Shown: in pieces, positions 9,257 to 18,228 of the stretch
Layout: each line of letters begins with the position of its first letter
Numbering within the stretch: position 1 is the first letter of the stretch
NCBI GenBank assembly: GCA_002796305.1
Contig: PCWZ01000049.1
Coordinates: 1 to 57,118, forward strand
DNA: 57,118 nucleotides
Reading direction: 5' to 3'
Origin: Deltaproteobacteria bacterium CG11_big_fil_rev_8_21_14_0_20_49_13
Lineage (GTDB): Bacteria > UBA10199 > GCA-002796325 > 1-14-0-20-49-13
Translations under genes and position numbers: made by a program
The notes under the pieces: generated by a model
What the model was told of the DNA's origin: nothing
Databases searched by the model: none
Seen by the model: the letters and a program-made list of their open reading frames with translations, nothing else

Positions 9257-10639
9257 ATGCGCCTTCCGCACAAGTTCGGCAAATATATCCTAGAGCTAAA
9301 GATAGCTCAGGGAGGGATGGCGGAGATCTACAAAGCAAAGTATGTGGGCGAGGGAGGATTCGAAAAAACGGTTGCCGTTAAACGGATCCTTCCCGTCTGG
9401 TCGGACAGCAAAGATTTTATAACGATGCTTTGCGATGAGGCCAAGGCGTTGGTACAGCTTCAGCATCAAAATATCGTTCAGGTGTATGAGCTGGGCAGAG
9501 ATAAAGACGTATTCTACATATCTATGGAATATGTGGATGGCGTGGATGTTAGAAGGCTGTTCAAAGCGGTTCAAGATAGTTCAAAGGTTACCGAATGGCC
9601 GCTCAAACTCACCTGTTTTATCGTTTCAGAGGTATTGAAGGCCCTCGATTTTTCGCATAATAAAAATTCAGGGATAGTTCACCGTGATATCAGCCCTCAG
9701 AACATCCTTGTTTCATTCAGCGGAGAGGTAAAGGTCGCCGATTTTGGCATTGCCAAGGGCTTTCACAGATCATTTGAAACCACCGCGCAACAGGTGAAAG
9801 GAAAATATGCCTACATGTCCCCCGAACAGGCAGGAGGAAAAGCGGTTGATGCGCGTACCGATATTTATTCTGTAGGCGTTATATTTTATGAGCTTCTGAC
9901 CGGCCAAAGGCTTTATGACGCGCCCAACGACCTCATGACGATCGAAGAGGTAAAACGATCGTCACTGCCAAACGGTTGGGGCAGAGAGATGGACACCGAA
10001 CTTAGAGAAATTATTATAAAGTCGCTAAAAAAAGATGTTTCGGAAAGATATCAGACGGCCAGAGAATTTTTAGATGACATAAATAGATATATTGTGTCTC
10101 ACGGTCTTGTCACCAATAGCATCGAGCTCTCCGGCGTGCTTCGCGGGTATTTTAAAGAGAATATTAAGCAGGCGCCATCTTTAGCAGACGACAAAAGAAA
10201 TGAGACCAAGGCCTTGAGCGTTGTCTCAAGAACCCCTCCCGAAAAGAAGGCGCTTGGCCTAAGATATGTGTATTCTATCTTGTTCATCATCCTTTCGGGA
10301 CTCTTTTTTAGTTTCAGCCCCCATTCAATTCGTTACACACCAGAACCGGTCCGAACGACCCCTACGATAGAGGAGAAGAAGGCGATCCCGTCTTCCATGC
10401 CAGCGACCCTAAGCGTTCAGGCGCGACCGTGGGGATATGTTTACATCCCGGGGCTCGTTGAGAGGAGAGAGACGCCCGTTCGTTCGGTAAAGGTGAGGCC
10501 GGGCGATTATACGCTCAAGGTAAATTTTGAACCAGAGAACAAGTGGGTGGAGAAGAAGATAATATTGTCTGGCGGCGAAAAGACGGCGTGTATGGCGGAC
10601 TTTACCAAAGGCACAACGCTTACCTGCATATCTAAATGA
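9257..10639 (+). CDS. Transmembrane Ser/Thr protein kinase with PEGA-like extracytoplasmic C-terminal domain
   Basis: Gly-loop AQGGMAEIY, VAVK, HRDISPQNIL, DFGIAK and YMSPEQ. TM segment YVYSILFIILSGLFFSF. C-terminal ATLSVQARPWGYVYIPG...VRPGDYTLKV. Confidence 0.85.
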   Translation: MRLPHKFGKYILELKIAQGGMAEIYKAKYVGEGGFEKTVAVKRILPVWSDSKDFITMLCDEAKALVQLQHQNIVQVYELGRDKDVFYISMEYVDGVDVRRLFKAVQDSSKVTEWPLKLTCFIVSEVLKALDFSHNKNSGIVHRDISPQNILVSFSGEVKVADFGIAKGFHRSFETTAQQVKGKYAYMSPEQAGGKAVDARTDIYSVGVIFYELLTGQRLYDAPNDLMTIEEVKRSSLPNGWGREMDTELREIIIKSLKKDVSERYQTAREFLDDINRYIVSHGLVTNSIELSGVLRGYFKENIKQAPSLADDKRNETKALSVVSRTPPEKKALGLRYVYSILFIILSGLFFSFSPHSIRYTPEPVRTTPTIEEKKAIPSSMPATLSVQARPWGYVYIPGLVERRETPVRSVKVRPGDYTLKVNFEPENKWVEKKIILSGGEKTACMADFTKGTTLTCISK

Positions 10640-10640
10640 A

Positions 10641-11933
10641 TTATTTAAGCCATGGGCCCCAGTCGGGGAGCTGACCGCCGCCCTTGGACATCTTCACCTG
10701 GTTTGCACCGTCGGCCCGCATCATGTATATGCCGGCGCCTTCTTTTCTGGTAGAGCTGAAGACTATATAGCGGCCGTCGGGCGACCATCTTGGATGTTCG
10801 TTAGAACCGGAATCTATCGTTAGGCGCTGAATGTTACTGCCGTCGCTGTTCATCACGAATATGTCGAACGTTCCCGAGTCCTGTCCGCAGAACGTTATCT
10901 TTGTGCCGTCCGGGGAGATGTCCGGCGAATCATTATGAACACCTACAAAGGTCAACCTTGTGCCTAGTCCCCCTTCCGGAGTTGTTCTGAAGACGTGGAG
11001 TCTTCCGGGAAGGGTCGATGAATACACCATTGTCCCGCCGTCCTTAGAAAATCGCGGAGCAAGATTTATTCCGGAGTTGCTCGTTAGCTGTCTTTCCTTT
11101 CCGCCCCTTATGCTCTTTGTAAAGAGTTCAGTAGAATATCCGAGCGATGACGCGTAGTAGATCAAATTATTGGTGAGAAAGGCCGGCGTTATGTTCGTGT
11201 TCTTGTTGTTGGTCAACTGTCGCATGTTTCCGTTGCCAAGGTTCACGAAGAATATCTCGGGGTTCCCCTTTTTGTAAGAGGCAAAGGTCAGCATGCTACC
11301 GTCGGGCGACCATGAGGGACCTAAGTTTATAGATGAATCGGGCGTAACCCTGAAATTGTTCTCGCCGTCCACATCCATCACATAAATAGGTTTGTTACCC
11401 CTTCCGCTCATGGCGGTGTAGGCGATCTTTGTGTTGAATATCCCGCGTTTGCCCGTAAGCGCCTCCATTATATCGTCGGAAAATCTGTGAGCAACGGAAC
11501 GCAGGTTCTTTTCGTTGGATGTATATTGTTTTCCCACAAGAAGCTGGGCCGAGTAGGGGTCGAAGAGTTTCAACTGAACGGTATATTCCCCCCCCTTCCT
11601 CTTGATGGAGCCTTTCACAAGGCCGCCCGCCTCAAGAGCCGTCCATTTTGCAAAGTTTATAGTGTCTGATGTGAGAGCTTCGCTCGCGTCAAGAAAAGCG
11701 GAATCGGGGATAACCTGAAAATATCCAGAAATGGTCAGGTCGTTCTTTATTATATCGGGGACCTTTTCTGTAAGCTTTGAACCGCGCATTCCATCCAGCC
11801 CTACAAGTTCGGTAACTGCGATCGGGAAAAGTTTGTCCGAAGGCTGGTCGACGGGGATATAGATGCGGGCCCATGCAGAAGAAGCAAGAAGCAGGAGGCA
11901 AGAAGCAAGAAGTAGTGTCTTTTTCATGATCAA
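10641..11933 (-). CDS. tolB: Tol-Pal system beta-propeller protein TolB
   Basis: TolB N-terminal domain plus repeated P.WSPDG..i.F blades. Follows tolQ-tolR-tolA. Confidence 0.9.
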   Translation of the reverse strand: MIMKKTLLLASCLLLLASSAWARIYIPVDQPSDKLFPIAVTELVGLDGMRGSKLTEKVPDIIKNDLTISGYFQVIPDSAFLDASEALTSDTINFAKWTALEAGGLVKGSIKRKGGEYTVQLKLFDPYSAQLLVGKQYTSNEKNLRSVAHRFSDDIMEALTGKRGIFNTKIAYTAMSGRGNKPIYVMDVDGENNFRVTPDSSINLGPSWSPDGSMLTFASYKKGNPEIFFVNLGNGNMRQLTNNKNTNITPAFLTNNLIYYASSLGYSTELFTKSIRGGKERQLTSNSGINLAPRFSKDGGTMVYSSTLPGRLHVFRTTPEGGLGTRLTFVGVHNDSPDISPDGTKITFCGQDSGTFDIFVMNSDGSNIQRLTIDSGSNEHPRWSPDGRYIVFSSTRKEGAGIYMMRADGANQVKMSKGGGQLPDWGPWLK

Positions 11934-11940
11934 TGTTTCC

Positions 11941-12729
11941 TTATGGTTTTAATCTCGGATCGAATTCCACCAAAAATCCCTCATTGTATGCCTCCCATTT
12001 GAGCCTTTCGATAGGTTCGTCAAAAGGGGAGGCCCTTTGTATCGCGCGCACGCAGGAGGAGTCGAATGATGCGTCACCGGACCTACGTTCCCACTGGGTG
12101 GATATTACCTCGCCACCCTCATTTATCATGACTATCACCCGCGACTTCGGTCTTGTCCCCTCCGGCATCTCGCCGTACTTCATGGGGACTATCCACTCCT
12201 GAATTATCTTCGAGCGTATCATTGCCTGATACTTTACATATTCCGGGTCGTCAATAGGAACCCTTAAAGGCTCGTCGCTCGTCCCGTATTTGAACCCCTC
12301 ACCGCCATCCTTTAATTGGGCGGCCTCGGGTTGTATCACGCGCTTTTTCAAAAGTTTGTCTATCTTTGCAAGGGCGGCGCTCTCTTTTGACTTTTTCTTA
12401 ACCGGCCTTTTCTCTTTCTTTTTTTTCTTCTTGTCCTTATCCTTTTCCGGTTCCTTCATCGTCTTTTTGTCTATTTCAGCCTTCGGGTTCAAGAGATCTT
12501 TTTGTTCCTGAATGGTGCTTTTAGGAAGGGCCTCGGACTTTTTCATGCCGGTCCCTATATCTTCGGAGGTCCCGCGCGGAAGCTCAACCCATACCATTTG
12601 CAGGGGCTTATCAGAAAAAGTCCGCTTTATCGAAGGGACAACGCACAGGATTATTATCAGGACCAGATGCCCTATTGCGGAGTAGAATATCGGGCGGGAT
12701 ATGTTTGGGACGTCCTGACGCGTGTACAC
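11941..12729 (-). CDS. tolA: TolA-like protein (TonB-family C-terminal domain, Lys/Glu-rich linker)
   Basis: N-terminal TM segment, a KEPEKDKDKKKKKKEKRPVKKK linker and a TonB_C-like end. Its position between tolR and tolB supports the call. GTG start. Confidence 0.7.
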   Translation of the reverse strand: MYTRQDVPNISRPIFYSAIGHLVLIIILCVVPSIKRTFSDKPLQMVWVELPRGTSEDIGTGMKKSEALPKSTIQEQKDLLNPKAEIDKKTMKEPEKDKDKKKKKKEKRPVKKKSKESAALAKIDKLLKKRVIQPEAAQLKDGGEGFKYGTSDEPLRVPIDDPEYVKYQAMIRSKIIQEWIVPMKYGEMPEGTRPKSRVIVMINEGGEVISTQWERRSGDASFDSSCVRAIQRASPFDEPIERLKWEAYNEGFLVEFDPRLKP

Positions 12730-12739
12730 ATTTAACCCT

Positions 12740-13171
12740 TCAGTTTGGCTTTACATTCTCGGGCTGAGTTACCATTCCTATTCGCAGGATGCCAGCGCTC
12801 TTTGCCAGCGTCATGACCTTAACAACGTCGCCGTACATGATATCGGTATCGGCCCTGATGAAAAGGTCCTTTTTTTCTTTCGACTTGTAGACATCGCCAA
12901 GCTTCTTTTCAAGAAAGCCTATGGTCACCGGCGCGGGGTCGTCCCCCACGAAAATGTCGCCGTTCTTTCTCATGGTGAGTATTATGTCGGCCTTTTCCCT
13001 TGAAATAGAGGGCGCGGATGCCTGCGGCAGGTTGACATCTAGCCCCTGTTGCATAAGAGGCGCCGTTATCATGAATATGATAAGAAGCACGAGCAATATA
13101 TCGCAGAAAGGAATTACGTTGATCTCGGCCAGAGGTTTGTTCCGGCCGTTACCGTTGTGGTTGTTTGTCAT
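12740..13171 (-). CDS. tolR: Biopolymer transport protein TolR/ExbD
   Basis: ExbD/TolR pattern: INVIPFCDILLVLLIIFMIT TM segment and a periplasmic domain. Operon context. Confidence 0.85.
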   Translation of the reverse strand: MTNNHNGNGRNKPLAEINVIPFCDILLVLLIIFMITAPLMQQGLDVNLPQASAPSISREKADIILTMRKNGDIFVGDDPAPVTIGFLEKKLGDVYKSKEKKDLFIRADTDIMYGDVVKVMTLAKSAGILRIGMVTQPENVKPN

Positions 13172-13176
13172 AATAA

Positions 13177-13887
13177 TTATCTGAAATATTCCTTTTGTAT
13201 CCTGTTCATAAGATCGCTTGAGAACTGGTTGATGTCGCGGGTGAGAAGCCTTATCTTATTGACGAAAAAGTTGTAAAAAATAACCGCCGGGATTGCCGCG
13301 GCAAGGCCTATTGCAGTTGCGATCAAGGCTTCCGCAATGTGCGGGCCGATGACCGCTATAGAAGAAGAACCGCCGCTACCGAGCTTCCAGAACGCGTTAA
13401 GTATCCCCCACACCGTTCCGAAGAGGCCGATAAACGGCGCCGCGCTTGCCGTTGTTGCAAGGAACGGAACGTAATATTCGAGCTGCTCAACTTCCTCGTC
13501 TGTCGTTCTTGAAACGTCTCTTTGAATGTACTCCAGGTTCTTGGCGTTGTCGGGATCGCGAAGTGACGTTATGCCGGTCTTAAAAATGCTGAATACGGGG
13601 CTTTTCCTGAAGGAGCCTTTTGAGACGAGCGCTTCTATAGACTTTGCCTGCCAGAAAGAATAGAGAAACTGCTGTGTCCTCTTCTTGAACATCTTCAGCT
13701 GGCGCTGTTTCATTACGATAATAGCCCATGAAATGACCGAAAAGATCACTAAAATGAGCAGGGCACACTTAACTACGATGTCGGCCTGCCAGAAAAGGGC
13801 CAGAACGTGGTTGTTGGAGCCTATATCCGTTGTTTCGACCGTCGGTAGCGCGTCGGCGGCATAGGCAATTGCTGAAAAGAGTATCAT
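13177..13887 (-). CDS. tolQ: Tol-Pal proton channel protein TolQ (MotA/TolQ/ExbB family)
   Basis: MotA/ExbB signature region APFIGLFGTVWGILNAF...IAEALIATAIGLAAAIPAVIFYN. Confidence 0.85.
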   Translation of the reverse strand: MILFSAIAYAADALPTVETTDIGSNNHVLALFWQADIVVKCALLILVIFSVISWAIIVMKQRQLKMFKKRTQQFLYSFWQAKSIEALVSKGSFRKSPVFSIFKTGITSLRDPDNAKNLEYIQRDVSRTTDEEVEQLEYYVPFLATTASAAPFIGLFGTVWGILNAFWKLGSGGSSSIAVIGPHIAEALIATAIGLAAAIPAVIFYNFFVNKIRLLTRDINQFSSDLMNRIQKEYFR

Positions 13888-14027
13888 GATCGTTATTCCT
13901 CCGTTATTTTGTACAGCGGGTCCGGATAATCTAATAAAAAGGCTCGCATGTCAAGCCCCTCAAGGTCCCATTTAATTTTGCTTTGACTTGGGACCGGTTT
14001 TAAGGGTACTCACGCCCCGTAACGTTC

Positions 14028-14822
14028 ATGCACAGATCAATAGGCATATTCGATTCCGGGGTGGGGGGACTCACCGTTTTTTCTGCGGTGAGGAAGGCGC
14101 TTCCCCATGAATCTCTTATCTATTTAGGCGATACGGCACGCGTTCCATACGGGACAAAGTCGGCCGAAACGGTCATAAAATATTCGATACAAAACACCCA
14201 TTTTCTTGCGCAAAGGGGCATCAAGGCGCTCGTTGTCGCCTGCAATACATCTTCTGCGTACAGCCTTCCGTTCCTCAGGAAGGAGGTCGATGTCCCCGTG
14301 ATAGGCGTTATCGACCCGGGCGCAAGGGCGGCCCTTAGCGCCAGCAAGTCAAAGCGTATAGGCGTCATCGGCACACCGGCAACTATCAACAGCAATGCAT
14401 ATGCGCGGTCATTAAAAGAGCTCGATCCCGATGTTCTCGTGGTGAGTCAGGCGTGTCCGCTCTTTGTGCCACTCGTGGAAGAGGGCTGGCTCGATGGTGA
14501 TGTGACCGAATCGGTCGCAAGGACCTACTTAGATTCCTTCAAGAAGGAAAAGACAGACACCCTGATCCTTGGGTGCACCCACTATCCGTTTCTTAAAGGG
14601 GTCATTCAAAAGGTGGTAGGAGACGAGGTTACGTTGATCGATTCTGCCGAGGCGGCGGCCGAGGCCCTAAGGGTCGAGCTTGAGAAAGAAGGACTTCTTG
14701 TAGCGCCTAACGCAGAGGCGGAATATCATCTGTATGTGACCGACCTTCCCGCACGCTTTGAATCCGTTGCCATGAACTTTTTGGGAAGAAATATACCGGC
14801 GGTAAGAAGGATCGAACTATAA
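14028..14822 (+). CDS. murI: Glutamate racemase
   Basis: IGIFDSGVGGLTV, VVACNTSS and GCTHYP motifs. Confidence 0.9.
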   Translation: MHRSIGIFDSGVGGLTVFSAVRKALPHESLIYLGDTARVPYGTKSAETVIKYSIQNTHFLAQRGIKALVVACNTSSAYSLPFLRKEVDVPVIGVIDPGARAALSASKSKRIGVIGTPATINSNAYARSLKELDPDVLVVSQACPLFVPLVEEGWLDGDVTESVARTYLDSFKKEKTDTLILGCTHYPFLKGVIQKVVGDEVTLIDSAEAAAEALRVELEKEGLLVAPNAEAEYHLYVTDLPARFESVAMNFLGRNIPAVRRIEL

Positions 14823-14833
14823 TGTTGCGGGAG

Positions 14834-14900
14834 ATCCTTCGGCCCGAGGGCCTCAGGATGACCTTTTGCGAGGTCTCACAAAAGGTCTCACAAAAGGTCA
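14834..14900. repeat. Palindromic repeat ATCCTTCGGCCCGAGGGCCTCAGGATGAC followed by a 12-mer tandem (GGTCTCACAAAA x2.4)
   Basis: Read directly from the sequence. The hairpin core is related to 37201-37232. Confidence 0.7.
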
Positions 14901-14909
14901 GTTGCCAAT

Positions 14910-16226
14910 ATGAGAATAAGGTGTTATAAGAACTTTCGTATGACGCGAAAATTATTGTATTTTATCGTTGCCTTGGGGCTTTTGGTTTCGCAAAGGGCTT
15001 TTGCCTTATCTGAGAGCGGTTTCAAAAATCTTCACATCTTTTCCAAAATATTGAGCCAGGTCGAAAAGAACTACGTTGAAAATGTGAACGACACGGAACT
15101 TGTCCAGAACTCCATTCGCGGAATGCTTTCGGGTCTCGATCCACACACGGTTTACATGCCTCCGCAATCGTACAAGGAGCTTCGCACCGATACCGCAGGT
15201 AAGTTCGGCGGAGTTGGCGTTGAGGTCTGGGTAAGGGGAGGAATGCTCACGGTCGTGGCTCCTATAGAAGGCTCGCCGGCGGATAGGGCGGGACTTAAGA
15301 GCGGTGATAAGATAATCAGGATCGACGGTAAATCTACAAGGGACCTCGATCTTTCCCAGTCGATACTTCAGATGCGCGGTAATGTCGGTTCAAAGATGAC
15401 GATGACTATCCAGCGCGACGACCCCAAAAAGACATTCGATGTAACGATGACGCGTGAGGTGATAAAGGTTCCCAGTATCCGTTCCGAAGTTCTCGATAAG
15501 GAATACGGATATGTGAAGATCAGAAGTTTTCAGGAACGAACGGCAAAGGACCTGAAGAAGGAGCTGGATAAATTAAGAAAGAAGAACGCTCTTAAGGGCC
15601 TTATCATAGATATGCGCGATAACCCCGGCGGTCTTTTAGATCAGGCGGTAGAGGTGGTAGATATATTCATCAACAAGGGGGTTATCGTCACAACGGAGAG
15701 TCGCGGAAAAGAGATAGACAGAAGGGAGGCTCACGGTGTCGCCACCGAGGATATTTCTTATCCCATAATAATACTTGTCAACGGCGGTACCGCATCGGCA
15801 TCAGAGATTGTGGCCGGAGCCATGCAGGACCATCAGCGCGCGGTTGCGCTGGGGACGCAAACGTTCGGCAAGGGGAGCGTGCAAACGGTGATAGAGATGG
15901 ATGACGGAAGCGCACTCAAGCTTACCATCGCGCTCTATTTCACGCCAAAGGGCCGCTCTATCCAGGCCCAAGGCATCATGCCCGATATAATCGTAGAGGA
16001 TCAGCCCCCCGAGATTGCAAAAGATGAAAAGAGGGGGATACGTGAACGCGACCTTCCCGGTCACCTAGAGGTTCCGCCGGAACGTATTGATACGAGAGAA
16101 GGCGCCAAGCTCGTTACCAAGACCGGCAAATTAGACTATCAAAAGAAGGTGGCGCTCGATTATCTCAAGAGCTGGGAAATATTCAAGGCAGGCACCGCCC
16201 CCCTCTCAAGGCCATTACCAAAATGA
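14910..16226 (+). CDS. Carboxyl-terminal processing protease (S41 family, PDZ domain)
   Basis: PDZ segment (GSPADRAGLKSGDKIIRIDG), S41 core (GGTASASEIVAGA..., GTQTFGKGSVQ). An alternative ATG exists at 14940. Confidence 0.85.
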   Translation: MRIRCYKNFRMTRKLLYFIVALGLLVSQRAFALSESGFKNLHIFSKILSQVEKNYVENVNDTELVQNSIRGMLSGLDPHTVYMPPQSYKELRTDTAGKFGGVGVEVWVRGGMLTVVAPIEGSPADRAGLKSGDKIIRIDGKSTRDLDLSQSILQMRGNVGSKMTMTIQRDDPKKTFDVTMTREVIKVPSIRSEVLDKEYGYVKIRSFQERTAKDLKKELDKLRKKNALKGLIIDMRDNPGGLLDQAVEVVDIFINKGVIVTTESRGKEIDRREAHGVATEDISYPIIILVNGGTASASEIVAGAMQDHQRAVALGTQTFGKGSVQTVIEMDDGSALKLTIALYFTPKGRSIQAQGIMPDIIVEDQPPEIAKDEKRGIRERDLPGHLEVPPERIDTREGAKLVTKTGKLDYQKKVALDYLKSWEIFKAGTAPLSRPLPK

Positions 16227-16334
16227 TAAGGGTGAGTAACTCTGACGGGTAATATTTCACCCACCAGCATCAATTTTCAACTTTTCCCGTTAGATGATAT
16301 TTTCATAACCATTTAATTTATAAAACTCTTTTCA

Positions 16335-16362
16335 GATCACCGATTACCGATCACCGATTACT
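16335..16362. repeat. Heptamer tandem repeat (GATCACC GATTACC GATCACC GATTACT)
   Basis: Four 7-nt units directly upstream of the sigma-54 promoter candidate. Confidence 0.7.
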
Positions 16363-16367
16363 GAACA

Positions 16368-16383
16368 TGGCATGTCAATTGCA
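16368..16383 (+). promoter_or_regulatory. sigma-54 (-24/-12) promoter candidate TGGCATG-TCAA-TTGCA
   Basis: Near-consensus match to TGGCACG-N4-TTGCW. It ends about 25 nt upstream of the ATG at 16408, with SD GGGGGA at 16396-16401. Confidence 0.6.
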
Positions 16384-16407
16384 TAATCACTCCTTGGGGG
16401 AACGGTT

Positions 16408-18033
16408 ATGAAAAATATACGACTATTAATGGTGGTGGTTTTAGTGGCCTTTGGCGCCTCTCTGACGCTGTCGAGCACCTCTTTTTCAGGAGAGGGCAAG
16501 GGCTCGACCGTTCAGGCGGCTTCCGCTGTTCAGACGGCCGCCTGGGCTAAGGCAAAAAAAGGATTCTTCGAAAGCATAGCTGAATCTATAAAGGCGTTCA
16601 TCGACAGTATCGCCAGCGTTCCATCCAAAATCAAAATGGCGATGAAGGGAATAGGGGCCGAAGATCAGCAGGAGATGCAAAAGATAAGTAACGTCGAAAA
16701 TATAACCGCAAGCCTGGATGAAAGCGAGTTTCCTCAATCGCAAGGCCAAAAACCCGACCTTGCAGATAAACCAAAGGCGGAGTTTGGGGACGCTGAGAAG
16801 GACAATGCCGCGGCGAAGGCCCAAACTACAGAAGGTCAAGAAATGGACCCGGATGGTCTCTTGCAGCCCCAACCGATCAAAGATGGAACCGCCAACAAAG
16901 ATTACTTCCGCCTTAATGATGTTACAAGGTCCGAAGATTTTTCTCAAACGACCGTTGTATCTCGGGACGCTCCAGACGATATCGGAACTCAACCGGTTAA
17001 ACGGGTTGTAGCCGGACATTCATTCCCCGCCGTTTCGCAGCCAGAAGGAGATGCGGTTGTGGTTGCGGCGCCCAGGGAGGGGGCTGCCAGTTTTCAGGGC
17101 CAAAGAGATGCGGCAGACAATGAGCCTCTGTCTCCGGTGTTTCGGTCGCAGTCGAGTATAAGACCTGATGCCGCCGGCCAGACGTTATCAGCCGGTGCTC
17201 TAAGAGGGAGAACGGTCACGGAAGAAACATCGACGCTAGCGATACGGACGCGCGCGCAGGTGATAGCGACTCCGGGTTCGGTCCCTGCCAGGATCTTGGC
17301 TCCGGCCACAACCGGCGAAGAGCCGGGTCTTTGTGACGACGGTTTTGCGGCGAACGATTCGTTTCAGATAAGCTCCTCCGAAGGTCTCGATAATTTCATA
17401 TCGGTTACCGGCAAATATCTCCTTGTAAAGAATCTAGACGGCGGGCTTAATGCCGCATCTATTTGTAGCGGGCACGTTACACGCTGTCCCGCCTCATTGG
17501 ATCCCTGCGTCAGCGGTTTGCGGAACATTGTGAACGCCGCCGATGCCTGTAAAATATGTGTGGCCTCGCGAGTTGATAGAGAGGACGATCTTCCTCAGAC
17601 GCTCCCGTCGGTCGGTGAGAAGATGATATTCGCTTTCAAAGACACGGTCTATGTTACAAAGGAGAGCGAAAAGATCTTAGGTGATATTTTTGTGGATGAC
17701 GCCGGTAACGGAAGGGTGGATTTTTCAAGCATAGCCTACAAAATGACGCCCGGAGGAGTCAATATTTGTGGTGATTGCACGAGCGAATATTTCCTCACAA
17801 AGAGGGTCATCAACGATAGGGATGTAAGCGAATTGGATGTAACGTTCCTTTTAAAGTACGATGACAGGTCTGTTCATCCGTATCTTAGCGGTCTTATGGT
17901 TGAAGGAGACAACCCTTTTACCTACATCATAGCTCTTGCCGTTCACCGTCCGAACCAGCGGCAAAGCGTTTTTGATACCACAGCGTCCGTGCAGCTTTCT
18001 GATTACGTCCGTCCGGCCGCTCCTTCAAGATAA
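16408..18033 (+). CDS. Secreted protein of unknown function (acidic, disordered N-terminal half; Cys-rich C-terminal domain)
   Basis: Signal peptide MKNIRLLMVVVLVAFGASLTLS. I recognise no family. The C-terminal half carries 10 Cys. Confidence 0.6.
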   Translation: MKNIRLLMVVVLVAFGASLTLSSTSFSGEGKGSTVQAASAVQTAAWAKAKKGFFESIAESIKAFIDSIASVPSKIKMAMKGIGAEDQQEMQKISNVENITASLDESEFPQSQGQKPDLADKPKAEFGDAEKDNAAAKAQTTEGQEMDPDGLLQPQPIKDGTANKDYFRLNDVTRSEDFSQTTVVSRDAPDDIGTQPVKRVVAGHSFPAVSQPEGDAVVVAAPREGAASFQGQRDAADNEPLSPVFRSQSSIRPDAAGQTLSAGALRGRTVTEETSTLAIRTRAQVIATPGSVPARILAPATTGEEPGLCDDGFAANDSFQISSSEGLDNFISVTGKYLLVKNLDGGLNAASICSGHVTRCPASLDPCVSGLRNIVNAADACKICVASRVDREDDLPQTLPSVGEKMIFAFKDTVYVTKESEKILGDIFVDDAGNGRVDFSSIAYKMTPGGVNICGDCTSEYFLTKRVINDRDVSELDVTFLLKYDDRSVHPYLSGLMVEGDNPFTYIIALAVHRPNQRQSVFDTTASVQLSDYVRPAAPSR

Positions 18034-18228
18034 ATGGCCAATGCAGGGTTTTTGAAGGAAAATCAGCCGGTTTTTCTTGCGTTAAAAACCGCTTATTGCT
18101 AAGAGACACACAACTTTAAAGGTGAGCGAGAATCTGGCTTTGCCAGTTCGAGATCGAGGGGTTTGGGGGAAAACGGCGAGGTTTTGGGAGCTGGTCGCCC
18201 CCCCATCGTAATAGGAGGATTTGATCCA

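Noticed and set aside
16335-16362. Possible CRISPR array (short repeated units here and at 20529 and 35598)
   Set aside because: The units are 7 nt and directly tandem, with no spacers. They are not CRISPR.
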